From Pyrodictium abyssi (GTDB lineage: Archaea; Thermoproteota; Thermoprotei_A; Sulfolobales; Pyrodictiaceae): a stretch of DNA of 32,000 nt. Under the pieces are notes generated by a model. That model made no database searches and was not told where the DNA came from. It was given only the letters and a program-made list of their open reading frames with translations. The stretch lies in the NCBI RefSeq assembly GCF_036323395.1, contig NZ_AP028907.1, positions 1,650,001-1,682,000 on the forward strand, in the 5' to 3' direction. Of the stretch, positions 1 through 8,877 are shown piece after piece. The position numbers and the translations under genes were made by a program. Positions within the stretch are counted from its first letter, which is position 1; each line of letters opens with the position of its first letter.

Positions 1-324
1 ACGCGCTGCACACGCATGTACACCATGCACTCCAGCACACCTTCCAACGACTAGTGTATGATGCCCCGGGGATAGGGTGGTAGCAGGTCATGAGGTGGCC
101 GCTTGACGAGCTCAGTATGAAGATACTCCTACACCTATTACACGTTACATGCGTGAAAGCAATGCGACAAACTAGTATGTAAGATTAAACATTACATAAA
201 ACATACCATAAGATTAAAATACTATGGATAGTTTTTACAGGCCTACGTTTCGGGCCAGGGACTATTATTCCGGAAACTGTTTACTTGATGTATCTAGGGC
301 TGAATATTGTTTCCCTATACCTCA

Positions 325-1102
325 CTAGTGGAGCATAGCGTGAATATTTGTGGCGATCATGTACACAGCTACGAGTACGAGTAGTGTGGAGAACGCGGCC
401 CTCAGCGTCTTGGCCGGGACCCTTGTGGCTAGACTAGAGCCAACGACGCCTCCGATAGACCCGCCCAGGGTGAAGAGGGCTGTCACAAGCGGGTCTAGCG
501 GCCTCCCCTGCGCGTAGTAGCTCACTAGCCCGGCGACACCGTTAACGAATATTATGGAGAGGGATGTTCCTATTGCCTCGCGCATCTCCAGGCCTGCACC
601 ACACACGAGAGCCGGGACTATTAGGAACCCGCCACCAGCGCCAAAGAAGCCCGAGGCTACTCCAGTAATGAACCCAAGCAAGAGTATGCGGCCATAGTCT
701 ATGCGCCTTCCTCGGCATGGCGCCCTGGAGCCGTATTGGCTCCGGGCTTGCTTCTTAGCAGCATTCTAGCCGCTATAGCTATCATGAGGAGGGCGAAGAG
801 GAGCAAGAGTAGGGAGCCCTTGACGTAGCTATTGAGGTAGCTGCCTGGGTAGACGCCGATAAGCGAGGCGGCCGCCATTACGAGCCCTATCCTGTAGACA
901 ACGTAGCCCTGGCGCATATACCGTACCGAGCTTATGAGGGAGACAGCGCCGACGGCCACAAGGGAGGCGCCGACAGCGTGATGCGGGCTCAGCCCGACAA
1001 TGTAGACGAGTAGTGGGACGCCGAGCGCCGAGCCGCCCCTCCTGTCAGCCCGAGCGAAAACCCTGCTACAAGCCCCGCCAGGAGAGCAAGGATGGTGTTC
1101 AA
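325..1102 (-). pseudogene. TauE/SafE (DUF81) family anion-export permease, reading frame broken at least twice
   Basis: Three minus-strand frame pieces (TTG at 1102 down to ~1040; 699-959; 325-681) join into one TauE-like 4+4 TM protein: NTILALLAGLVAGFSLGLTGG / SALGVPLLVYIVGLSPHHAVGASLVAVGAVS... / GFITGVASGFFGAGGGFLIVPAL.... The frame breaks at the C4 run 1036-1039 and again somewhere in ~700-745. Confidence 0.7.
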
Positions 1103-1249
1103 GCCCGTTTGTCCGCCTCCATGGCGGCCTAGCCTGCCGCCTCCCCGATAAACGCTCCCCGGCCGCTATGTTGGTGTCGCGTCATGCCCCGGAGGAGGGT
1201 CCGCAGCGCGGGCGGTACACCGTCGGGGCACGGCTCCCCGGCTGAACGG

Positions 1250-1762
1250 CTACCTGGAGTACGTCCCGGTCAACATAGCGTAGCCTATGACATGCCCCTT
1301 CATGCGCTCGAGGACCTCGTCCGCCCGGGCTCCCGGCTCCAGGCCGAGGGTCTCCACGTCGAGCGCGTGGAGCGCGAACACGTAGCGGTGTGGGCGGTCG
1401 CCGCGCGGCGGACAGGGGCCCCCGTAGCCGTACTTGCCGAAGTCGTTGAGGCCTTGGAGCCCGAGGCCCTCGACAACAGGGTCCCCGGGGACGCCCTCGG
1501 GGAGCGCGGCCAAGTCGCGGGGGATGTCGTATATGACCCAGTGGACGAAAGTGCCCCGCGGCGCATCCGGGTCATAGACGATGAGAGCGTAGCTTGCGGT
1601 GGAGGCGGGGGCTCCGCTCCACTCGAGGGCTGGTGATACGTCCTCGCCGTCGCAGGTATGGCGCTGCGGTATCCTTTCGCCGTCGTTGAACGCGGGCGAG
1701 ACTAGGGTGAACTGGGAGCCACTCCTCACGAGGTAGTCCCGGTGGCGGCGAAAGAGGATCAT
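1250..1762 (-). CDS. PEBP / YbhB-YbcL family (Raf-kinase-inhibitor-like) protein
   Basis: 170-aa ORF with family hallmarks: SPALEWSGAP, YDPDAP, FVHWVIYDIP, GYGGPCPPRGDRPHRY. Confidence 0.9.
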   Translation of the reverse strand: MILFRRHRDYLVRSGSQFTLVSPAFNDGERIPQRHTCDGEDVSPALEWSGAPASTASYALIVYDPDAPRGTFVHWVIYDIPRDLAALPEGVPGDPVVEGLGLQGLNDFGKYGYGGPCPPRGDRPHRYVFALHALDVETLGLEPGARADEVLERMKGHVIGYAMLTGTYSR

Positions 1763-1905
1763 AGAGCAGCTCCTCCCCTGCTAGCAGGGCAAGTGGCCTA
1801 GATAAAGCTCTATCGTGTAGAACCGGTATGCCGAGGCGGTGTATATCGCGCGGCTCCTAGCCCCGTTGGCCCGCCAGCGGCCCCGGCGGAGGGGCCTAGG
1901 GGCGC

Positions 1906-2385
1906 TTACATGATGTAGCCGGTTTCGGCTAGGCTTGCGGCGTCCTTCTCCTCCTGGGCCTCGAGGGTGAAGGCTGCCTGTCCACCGATGTAGAACCGGG
2001 CGTAGATGCGCGGCGGCTCGTTGCCTGTAAGCTCCTCTAGTACACCGCAGCGGTTGAGCCCCCGGAGCCCCAGCTCCACGACGAAGCCCTCGCCCTGGTA
2101 CCAGCCGAGCACAAGGTCGGTCCTGCCGCGGGCGGCGGGTGCTGGGAGCTTCTCGAACCCCCTGTACAGCATCTCCCGGTCCGCCTCCTTCTCTAGCCGG
2201 TCCACGAACTCTAGGAACTCGTGGCTGCAGGTGTTTAGCCCGGCGAGCCTAGCGTACTCGTGGCCTATCATCCACTGTAGCCTCTTGAGTACGTGCTGTA
2301 CGGCCGCTACGGGGCCGGTAGAGGCTCCGGCCTCCGGGCTGGCTGCCTGCTCCTGCGCCCCTTGTGGCTGTACTAGTGGTGGCAT
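1906..2385 (-). CDS. hypothetical protein (low-complexity N-terminus, no recognisable domain)
   Basis: 159-aa ORF co-directional with its neighbours. From WMIGHEYARL onward the composition is protein-like. I recognise no motif. The start may be the internal ATG at MIGHEY. Confidence 0.45.
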   Translation of the reverse strand: MPPLVQPQGAQEQAASPEAGASTGPVAAVQHVLKRLQWMIGHEYARLAGLNTCSHEFLEFVDRLEKEADREMLYRGFEKLPAPAARGRTDLVLGWYQGEGFVVELGLRGLNRCGVLEELTGNEPPRIYARFYIGGQAAFTLEAQEEKDAASLAETGYIM

Positions 2386-2481
2386 AGCTATCCAGACCCC
2401 AGGTGTCTCAGCTATAGGGTTGAGCTGGCATCCAATAAACCGTTCCCCGGCGGGCCCCGGGCCCGGGAGGGGTGCCCGGGC

Positions 2482-3012
2482 CTACTGTCTGTGCTCACCG
2501 TGACCGCCGGCGCCGTGCCCGTGGTGCTTATGGTGCTCGTGGCGGTGGCCGCGGAGCTGGTGGAGCGCGTGATCCACTACCCCCAGTAGCAGCTCCGCCA
2601 TGAGGCGCGCCGCCCCGGGGTTCCCGGGGCTCACTGCTAGCAGCCGGTCGCGGAAGCTACAGGCGAGCGCGCGGCTAAGCACAGCGTTGGCGACTCCCTG
2701 CTCTAGGCTGCGTCGGCGGAACTCCTCCCCCACGCCGGGCAGTATGCGGTCACAAATCCTCGAGACAAGGTCGGCCGAGATGTCGTGGGGGTTCGGCCCA
2801 GTGCCACCGGTGACCAGCACAACCTCTGCGCCTCTGTGCAGCGCTGCCGCGACGTGGTAGAGTATCTCGACCGGGTCGTTCCCCGCGATAGCGGCGTATA
2901 CCAGCTCGTGGCCGTGCTCCTCGAGGAGCCTCCTCAGCATCGGGGTCGTCTCGTCCTGATCCGGGTTCTCCTTGACCCGATCGCTCGTGACAACTAGACC
3001 CCAGCGAGCCAA
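2482..3012 (-). CDS. moaB: molybdenum cofactor biosynthesis protein, MoaB/MogA family, with His-rich C-terminal tail
   Basis: Motifs VVLVTGGTGPNPHDIS, ILPGVGEEFRR and AVSPGNPGAA are typical of MoaB/Mog. The last 21 residues are HRHEHHKHHGHGAGGHGEHRQ. Confidence 0.85.
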   Translation of the reverse strand: MARWGLVVTSDRVKENPDQDETTPMLRRLLEEHGHELVYAAIAGNDPVEILYHVAAALHRGAEVVLVTGGTGPNPHDISADLVSRICDRILPGVGEEFRRRSLEQGVANAVLSRALACSFRDRLLAVSPGNPGAARLMAELLLGVVDHALHQLRGHRHEHHKHHGHGAGGHGEHRQ

Positions 3013-3153
3013 GCCCCGGGAGACACCTCCACCGTGGCTGGCCCCTGTGGGAGGAAAAGGATGCCCCGCCGCAGAGGGCAGCGCAGCCCCGGCGCCGAGG
3101 ACCGGTTAATAACCCGGGGTGCCCCTAGGCGCCCTGGACACAAGTGCATAGCC

Positions 3154-4500
3154 TTGGGCGGGGAGCCGCTCCTACTACGATGCCACCTGCTACTCCCCTG
3201 CGCCGGGTGCAGCCCCCTCCGCGACACGGCCGTCTACGCCGAGGACGGCAGGATAGCGTACGTCGGCGGCAGTCCCCCCAGCGGGGCCAAGTCCGGCCTA
3301 GTCATCGACTGCCCACGCCACAGCGTCGCACTGCCCTGCTTCTACAACGCGCACACCCACGCCGCCATGACGCTGCTCCGTGGCTTCCACGATGACAGCG
3401 AGCTACACGAGTGGCTCGCAAGGATGTGGTTTGTCGAGAAGAGGCTCACGCCCAGCGTGATCTACCACGCATCGAGGCTAGCCCTTGTCGAGATGGTCTC
3501 GACCGGGACCTGCGGCTTCATAGACATGTACTTCGAGCCCGGGGCCACGGCCAGGGCTGCCCGGGAGCTCGGCGTACGCGCGCGGCTAGGCCCAGTGATA
3601 ATGGGCGACGTGGACCCCCACCAGGCGGTGGAGGAGGCCCGGCGGTTCGCCCGGAGCCTAGAAGGCGACCCCCTCCTCGGGGGCGTGATCAACGTCCACA
3701 GCGTCTACGCGGCGCCCCTCGAAGCCGTCGCGGAGGGCTACCGGGCCGCAGAGGAGCTGGGGGTGCCATTCCACATACACGTCTCCGAGACCAGGAGAGA
3801 GGTCTACGAGGCCCGGAAGAAGCACAGAAAGTTCCCCGTCGAGCTCCTGGAGAGCCTGGGCGCCCTCGGGCCCCGCTCGGTGCTAGTCCACGCCGGGTGG
3901 ATAGCGAGCTGGGAGCTCGACGCAGTCCGCCGGGCCCGGGCCACCCTAGTACACTGCCCCACTAGTAACATGAAGCTAGCCACAGCCGGCCACTTCCCCC
4001 TATACGAGGCGATGGAGAAGGGGGTGAACGTCGCCCTCGGCACCGACGGCCCAGCCTCGAACAACAGCCTGGACATGCTGAGGGAGGCCAAGACGGGGCT
4101 ACTACTGCAGAGGCACAGCTACTGGGACACCCGGGTCAAGGCAAGACACCTCCTAGAAGCAGCGACCCGGGGAGGAGCACGCGCCATGGGCCTAGACCGG
4201 GCCGGAGCCATAGAGCCCGGAGCCCCTGCTGACATGGCTGTGCTGGACCTCTCTAGGCCCTGGAGCCTCCCCCTCCGCCCAGACAACCTCGCCTCAGCCA
4301 TACTATACGCCGCGACCGGGAGCGACACCATCTACACCATAGTAGCCGGCAACCCGGTCTACACGCCCGAGAACCGGGACAGGCTCTGGAGCCTCGCAGA
4401 ACAGAGCGCACAGGAGCTAAACAGGTTCCTAGAAGACATAGGCCCGGGGAGGGACCCCACACCGCCATGCAGCCCACGAAACGCGTGCAAACAGGGCTAG
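3154..4500 (+). CDS. mtaD: amidohydrolase of the 5-methylthioadenosine/S-adenosylhomocysteine deaminase type
   Basis: Metal-ligand motifs NAHTHAAMTLLRG, HIHVSET, VHAGW, HCPTSNMKL and GTDGPASNN. The open frame runs from 3034, but its first ~40 codons are Arg/Pro-rich and would leave no room for the divergent moaB promoter. The in-frame TTG at 3154 is the more plausible start, though uncertain. Confidence 0.8.
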   Translation: MGGEPLLLRCHLLLPCAGCSPLRDTAVYAEDGRIAYVGGSPPSGAKSGLVIDCPRHSVALPCFYNAHTHAAMTLLRGFHDDSELHEWLARMWFVEKRLTPSVIYHASRLALVEMVSTGTCGFIDMYFEPGATARAARELGVRARLGPVIMGDVDPHQAVEEARRFARSLEGDPLLGGVINVHSVYAAPLEAVAEGYRAAEELGVPFHIHVSETRREVYEARKKHRKFPVELLESLGALGPRSVLVHAGWIASWELDAVRRARATLVHCPTSNMKLATAGHFPLYEAMEKGVNVALGTDGPASNNSLDMLREAKTGLLLQRHSYWDTRVKARHLLEAATRGGARAMGLDRAGAIEPGAPADMAVLDLSRPWSLPLRPDNLASAILYAATGSDTIYTIVAGNPVYTPENRDRLWSLAEQSAQELNRFLEDIGPGRDPTPPCSPRNACKQG

Positions 4501-4625
4501 ACAGGAGGTATGGAGCGCTGCGTCGGCAGTAGCCCCAGCCCGTAGGACATAATTCACGATGCATAGTATATATCAAACGATACTCGGTAGCGTTCTCCCT
4601 GCTCTAGGCCTGGGGGCCGGGGCTA

Positions 4626-5622
4626 GTGGAGGGGATAACAGTCCAGGGTCTTACGAAGAGGTATGGGGAGGTCGTTGCACTCGACTCGGTGAGCTTCTCC
4701 ATAGATGGGGGCAGCATCCTAGGGATAATCGGCCCCAATGGGGCCGGTAAGACAACGCTTATCAGGATACTCAGCTGCCTACTCCGGCCCGACAGCGGCT
4801 ACGCAGCGATACATGGCCACCGGATCCCGCCGTGCAGTGATAGCGTGAGGAGGCTCTTCGCGCTTCTACCCCAGGAGGTAAGAGCCCACTTCTACACGCT
4901 GACGCCCCTCGATTACATATACCACTATCTCCGCATGAGGGGCTACCCGAGAGAGGAGGCAAGAGCCCGGGCCAGGGGAGGCGGTCGAGGAGTTCGGGAT
5001 ACAGTACCATGATAGGATGGTGTCGATGCTCTCCGGCGGCATGGTAAGGAAGATGCTCCTCGCCATGGTGCTCTCGGCTGATGTCCCTGTCTACTACCTT
5101 GACGAGCCGACCGTGGGCCTGGATGTCGAGAACAGGCTGAAGCTCTGGGACATACTAAGGAGGAGGGCCAAAGCAGGCTCCACCATACTGGTGACGAGCC
5201 ACTATCTGAACGAGATATCCAGTATCTGCGACAAGGTACTCCTAATCAAGGATGGCCGGGTCGCCGCGTTCGGGGAGCCTGAGGAGCTTGGGCGGCGCTA
5301 TCTCTCCGGCTTCTACTCGAAGATAGTAGTGATGGGCGAGTACTCGAGCCGCGAGCACACGGTGAGGAGGGTGGGCAAGAACACTATCGTCTACACGAGG
5401 TCGAGGACAGAGGAGAGGGAGGTGATCGATGAGCTAGAGGATGCAGGGCTACCGTTCCGAGTAGAAGAGCTCACCATAGAGGACATTTTCCTGGCGGTGT
5501 CCTCCGGTGACGCTCCTGGCTATGATAGAGTACTACCGGAACGCCCTTATGAAGAGCCGTCTCTCCGCAGTGAACTTCGCTATACACCCGCTCTCGTTCG
5601 TATTCATAGTGTACATGGTTAG
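4626..5622 (+). pseudogene. ABC transporter ATP-binding protein (ABC-2 exporter type) split by a 1-nt frame disruption
   Basis: ORF 4626-5012 has Walker A GPNGAGKTT. ORF 5017-5622 has signature LSGGMVRK, Walker B VYYLDEP and H-loop TSH. Removing one G from the G4 run 4975-4978 restores a continuous ...ARARAREAVEEFGIQYHDRMVSMLSGG.... Confidence 0.75.
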
Positions 5623-6205
5623 CGGGGGAAAGCTCCTCTCTACTGCGCTCGCTGGCGCAATGTGCAGCTTCATAGCCGGGGTCGGGCTGGCCGACCTCCC
5701 AATAGAGCTTGTCGGGATGAAGACGCGGTCCCGGTTCTACGACATATTCATGTCGCTGCCCGGGAGCATGACCAAGAAGATGCTCGGAATAACCCTGGGC
5801 ATGAGTCTGCCCGCAGCACCCTACCTAGTCCTTCTCGCAGCGCTACTAGTGCTACAGAACGGTGCCAGCCACCTCCCATACATAGTACTGGGCACGGTGA
5901 GCCTATGGGCCTGGGCATCAACGCTCGGGATGTATATCGGCGTCAAGAGCAAGGAGCCCCTAACAGTCATGAGGCTCGGTAACATACTGCTAGTAGCAAC
6001 AACAGTGTTCCCTCCCGTCTACTACCCGGTAACACTACTACCCGAGGGCATCCGGGCACTAGCATTCTTTCTCCCAACAGTGGCCGCGTCACACCTCATA
6101 GCAGGCGGGCCAGCCATGTACGCATCCGTAGCCACCGCGTCGCTGCTCGCGTGGCTAGCAGTATGCGTCCTTATACTCACGTCTATAGAGTTCGTGGAGG
6201 AGTAG
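5507..6205 (+). CDS. ABC-2 type transporter permease
   Basis: 232-aa multi-TM ORF (about 6 hydrophobic segments) with a GTG start. It overlaps the end of the preceding ABC ATPase, the usual ABC-2 exporter layout. Confidence 0.75.
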   Translation: MTLLAMIEYYRNALMKSRLSAVNFAIHPLSFVFIVYMVSGGKLLSTALAGAMCSFIAGVGLADLPIELVGMKTRSRFYDIFMSLPGSMTKKMLGITLGMSLPAAPYLVLLAALLVLQNGASHLPYIVLGTVSLWAWASTLGMYIGVKSKEPLTVMRLGNILLVATTVFPPVYYPVTLLPEGIRALAFFLPTVAASHLIAGGPAMYASVATASLLAWLAVCVLILTSIEFVEE

Positions 6206-6275
6206 AGCACAACACTAATGGTACCTGGAGTTTACATCGCGCTGAGCGTCTGCGAGGCTCATCCGCTCGGCAGGT

Positions 6276-6719
6276 CTAGGGCACTACTTTCAACCAGGAT
6301 ACCCTCTTGAAGTCCTCGTCGAATGTCGCGATTACGTCTATCCTATGATGCCTACAGGTTAGGGCTATCATAGCGTCTGCTGGCAGGAGTCGATAACTCC
6401 TAGCCGTTTCCAGGACTAGCCTTGGGTCCGTTACATCTGGTAGCACTGCTATTTCTAGCTGTTCGAGGGCAGTGATAACCTTATCTATTATCTCGCTTGG
6501 ATATCCTCTTGTCTTTACGTACCTCCTCAGCGTATAGCCTCTCTTGCCTGTTACCTTCGCAAGGACGATGTATATTAACTCGTTGAGGACTGTAGTTGTG
6601 ATCGCGAAATCCTCATGGGCGTAGCTTTTAAGGATGTTCTTGGCTTTCTCCGTGAGTTCGGTCTTGAGCATGTAGTTGTAGAGAATGTTCGTGTCAAGGC
6701 ATATTACTAGTCCATACAT
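6276..6719 (-). CDS. vapC: PIN-domain ribonuclease toxin (VapC family)
   Basis: N-terminal ICLDTNIL and C-terminal ADAMIALTCRHHRIDVIATFDEDF give the PIN acidic residues. It overlaps the upstream antitoxin gene. Confidence 0.9.
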   Translation of the reverse strand: MYGLVICLDTNILYNYMLKTELTEKAKNILKSYAHEDFAITTTVLNELIYIVLAKVTGKRGYTLRRYVKTRGYPSEIIDKVITALEQLEIAVLPDVTDPRLVLETARSYRLLPADAMIALTCRHHRIDVIATFDEDFKRVSWLKVVP

Positions 6720-6966
6720 CCTCCTCGAGTTCTCTCAGTTCTGCTACAGAGGCTTCGCTAAGTATCCCGGCCAGCTCCTCTATTTTCCTCCTCCTTTCCT
6801 CGGCTTCTCTAGGACTCCTCCTGGCCCTTTCTAGCACAACTCGGCTGCCCTCCCTCCTTACCACCAGCCTCTCGCCGGGTTCTAGCCCCAGCTCCTGGGC
6901 TGCCTCCTCGCTCAGGATAATGGTGCGTTTGTCCTTTACGATAGCCTCCACAGCCCGGCACCACAT
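6694..6966 (-). CDS. vapB: AbrB/SpoVT-type antitoxin (VapB)
   Basis: AVEAIVKDKRTIILSEEAAQELGLEPGERLVVRREGSRVVLE is a swapped-hairpin AbrB/MazE-like fold signature. I chose the ATG at 6966; the open frame extends to 7026. Confidence 0.75.
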   Translation of the reverse strand: MWCRAVEAIVKDKRTIILSEEAAQELGLEPGERLVVRREGSRVVLERARRSPREAEERRRKIEELAGILSEASVAELRELEEDVWTSNMP

Positions 6967-7131
6967 AATGGGTCTCCGTCTCTCCCCGGGTTTAACCCTG
7001 CCCTGACTGCTTCCTGGGGCTCCCATAGTGTAGCTCGATCCTGGAGCGTTAGGGCGTTCCTTGGGGCCCGCTTGCTACCGGGACATAGCTTATGCCATCT
7101 TCGGCGGTAGTATGGCGGCCCCCGGTCTCTC

Positions 7132-7776
7132 CTATTGCTGTGTCTTGTATAGGTGTTTTAGGAGCTGGTGTGAGGCCTGGGCCGCCACCGTAGCCTTGAG
7201 GATGTCCCAGGGTATGAAGACTAGTACGCCGCTCCATAGCGCGGCCCGCAGCGCCTCCGCGGCTGCTAGTCCCTTGACGGTTGCCAGCCACGCTGCTAGC
7301 CATAGGGCTCCTGGGAGGTAGACTAGTGGCAGTACTAGGAGGGCGCCTCGTAGGAGGCCCCGGCGGGTGGCGGGGCGCGATAGCCTGCCGGCCACTGTTG
7401 CTGCTAGGAGGAAGCCTAGGAGGTAGCCGAAGCTGGGTGAGGCGATGTAGCCGGGGCCGCCGCCCATGGCGAATACCGGTGCCCCTAGGAGGCCCGCGGC
7501 GATGTAGGCTGCTACGGTCCTCCATGCCCGTGGGCCGAGGAGCGTTATGACCAGTGTTAGTGCCAGGGTCTGTAGGGTGAACGGCACGGGGACGCCGGGC
7601 AGTGTGAAGGATGCGCGGGCCGAAGCAGTCAGAAGCCCGACACCCGCCGCGGTCTCTGCGAGGGATAGTAGGAGGGCCCGGCCGGGCCGAAGCGTGAGGC
7701 CCTCTACGCGTACTAGGCCGTCCTCGAGTCGGCCTCCCGACACCGCCGCTGCTGCCCTGGCTAGCATGCTCGCCAC
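7132..7776 (-). CDS. bioY: biotin transporter BioY (ECF S-component family)
   Basis: PFTLQTLALTLVITLLGP, GAPVFAMGGGPGYIASPSFGYLLGF and IPWDILKA match BioY hallmarks. Confidence 0.9.
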   Translation of the reverse strand: MASMLARAAAAVSGGRLEDGLVRVEGLTLRPGRALLLSLAETAAGVGLLTASARASFTLPGVPVPFTLQTLALTLVITLLGPRAWRTVAAYIAAGLLGAPVFAMGGGPGYIASPSFGYLLGFLLAATVAGRLSRPATRRGLLRGALLVLPLVYLPGALWLAAWLATVKGLAAAEALRAALWSGVLVFIPWDILKATVAAQASHQLLKHLYKTQQ

Positions 7777-7850
7777 TGCCCCGGCACCCCCTGGGCGCCC
7801 GGGGCTCTCCTGCTGCCTGGGCGTTAGGTTAAGTAGCCCTCCCGTGCCTC

Positions 7851-8861
7851 ATGTCTAATAGGGATGTGCTCGTCTTGGCTGAGGAGCCTAGAGAGGACCG
7901 GAGCGAGGTTCTCGGCCTCTACCGGCTAGGAGCCACCGAGTCCGCGGAGGAGACGCTCCAGAGGTTCAGCCGCCTGGTCTCCGAGGCGCGGGACGTCTGG
8001 GGGCTACTGGAGGCCCTCGACTTCCTGGAGGCGCGTATCGCGGCTCGGCCCTTCTCGGCGCCACTGGTGAACACAGCGCGGGAGCTGCTGGGGATGATAG
8101 CTGCGGGGGAGTACAGTGGGCTGGCCGAGGTCCAGGAGAGGGTAAGGAGCTACGTAGGCGAGGTGCTGGCCCGTGTCGTGGAGGAGACGGAGGCGGCTGC
8201 CGAGATAGCTGCCCGGAGGCTGGAGGACGGCGACGTTGTGCTTACGCAGAGCTATAGCCGGAGCGTGGTCCGGGCCCTGGAGAAGGCCGTGGCGATGGGG
8301 AAGAGGATACACGTGATAGTCGCCGAGTCCCGGCCCCTCCTCGACGGCGTCGAGACGGCGAAGACGCTGGCCCGGATGGGGCTGGACGTGACCATGATAG
8401 TGGACTCCGCCATGAGGTTCATGGCCCGGGACGCGACCAAGGCCCTGATAGGTGCTGACGCCGTCACCGCGGACGGCACCGTCATAGCGCGCACTGGGGC
8501 CGGGCTGCTCGCCCTGGCCGCGAGCGAGGCCCGTGTACGCCTCATAGTGGTTGCGGGGACCTACAAGCTGTACCCAGAGACCGTCTACGGCATGACCATC
8601 GAGACGCCGGCCCTCGGCGAGGAGATAGTGCCCGAGGAGCACCGTGGGCTAGGAGTCGAGGGCTACGCGCCCCTCTTCGAGCCCGTGCCGCCGCACCTTA
8701 TCGACGCGCTCGCCACCGAGAGGGGCCTAGTAGCGCCGGAGGCGGTGCCGCTCCTCATAAGGGAGAAGTATGGGGAGTGGCCGCCACGCCTAGAGCCCAT
8801 AAGTGAGCTCTTCGCCCGGGCACGGGAGAAGCTCAAGCAGACCCTACGCAGCCAGGCGTGA
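7851..8861 (+). CDS. eIF-2B alpha/beta/delta-family protein (aIF-2B subunit-like)
   Basis: VVLTQSYSRSVVRAL, VIVAESRPLLDG, LIGADAVTADGTVIARTGAGLLALAA and VVAGTYKLYP are family motifs. Confidence 0.85.
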   Translation: MSNRDVLVLAEEPREDRSEVLGLYRLGATESAEETLQRFSRLVSEARDVWGLLEALDFLEARIAARPFSAPLVNTARELLGMIAAGEYSGLAEVQERVRSYVGEVLARVVEETEAAAEIAARRLEDGDVVLTQSYSRSVVRALEKAVAMGKRIHVIVAESRPLLDGVETAKTLARMGLDVTMIVDSAMRFMARDATKALIGADAVTADGTVIARTGAGLLALAASEARVRLIVVAGTYKLYPETVYGMTIETPALGEEIVPEEHRGLGVEGYAPLFEPVPPHLIDALATERGLVAPEAVPLLIREKYGEWPPRLEPISELFARAREKLKQTLRSQA

Positions 8862-8877
8862 AGGAGGCCAGGGGTGC

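Noticed and set aside
120-324. Replication origin (ORB/mini-ORB elements) in the A+T-rich block.
   Set aside because: There is no match to the ORB core beyond a weak ggaaac. No orc1/cdc6 gene is visible, and the block lies at the window edge, so the idea cannot be evaluated.
1184-1636. Long alternative-frame or antisense ORFs rich in Arg/Pro/Gly/Ala. Examples: 1184-1636(+), 3411-3965(+), 8004-8642(-), 12713-13246(+), 16180-16692(+), 21431-22036(-), 27624-28376(-).
   Set aside because: Each fully overlaps a gene with clear family motifs. Their composition is what high-G+C shadow frames produce. None shows a recognisable domain.
3034-3153. N-terminal extensions of several track ORFs: 3034 for mtaD, 8803 for the isomerase, 15407 for the GltD-like gene, 25869 for the membrane protein, 30386 for vapB.
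   Set aside because: The extensions are low-complexity Arg/Pro/Gly sequence that overlaps upstream genes or promoters. Internal starts give canonical N-termini (for example MAVEVPGEVRRIAEDIK, MLRYLLIVAALA).
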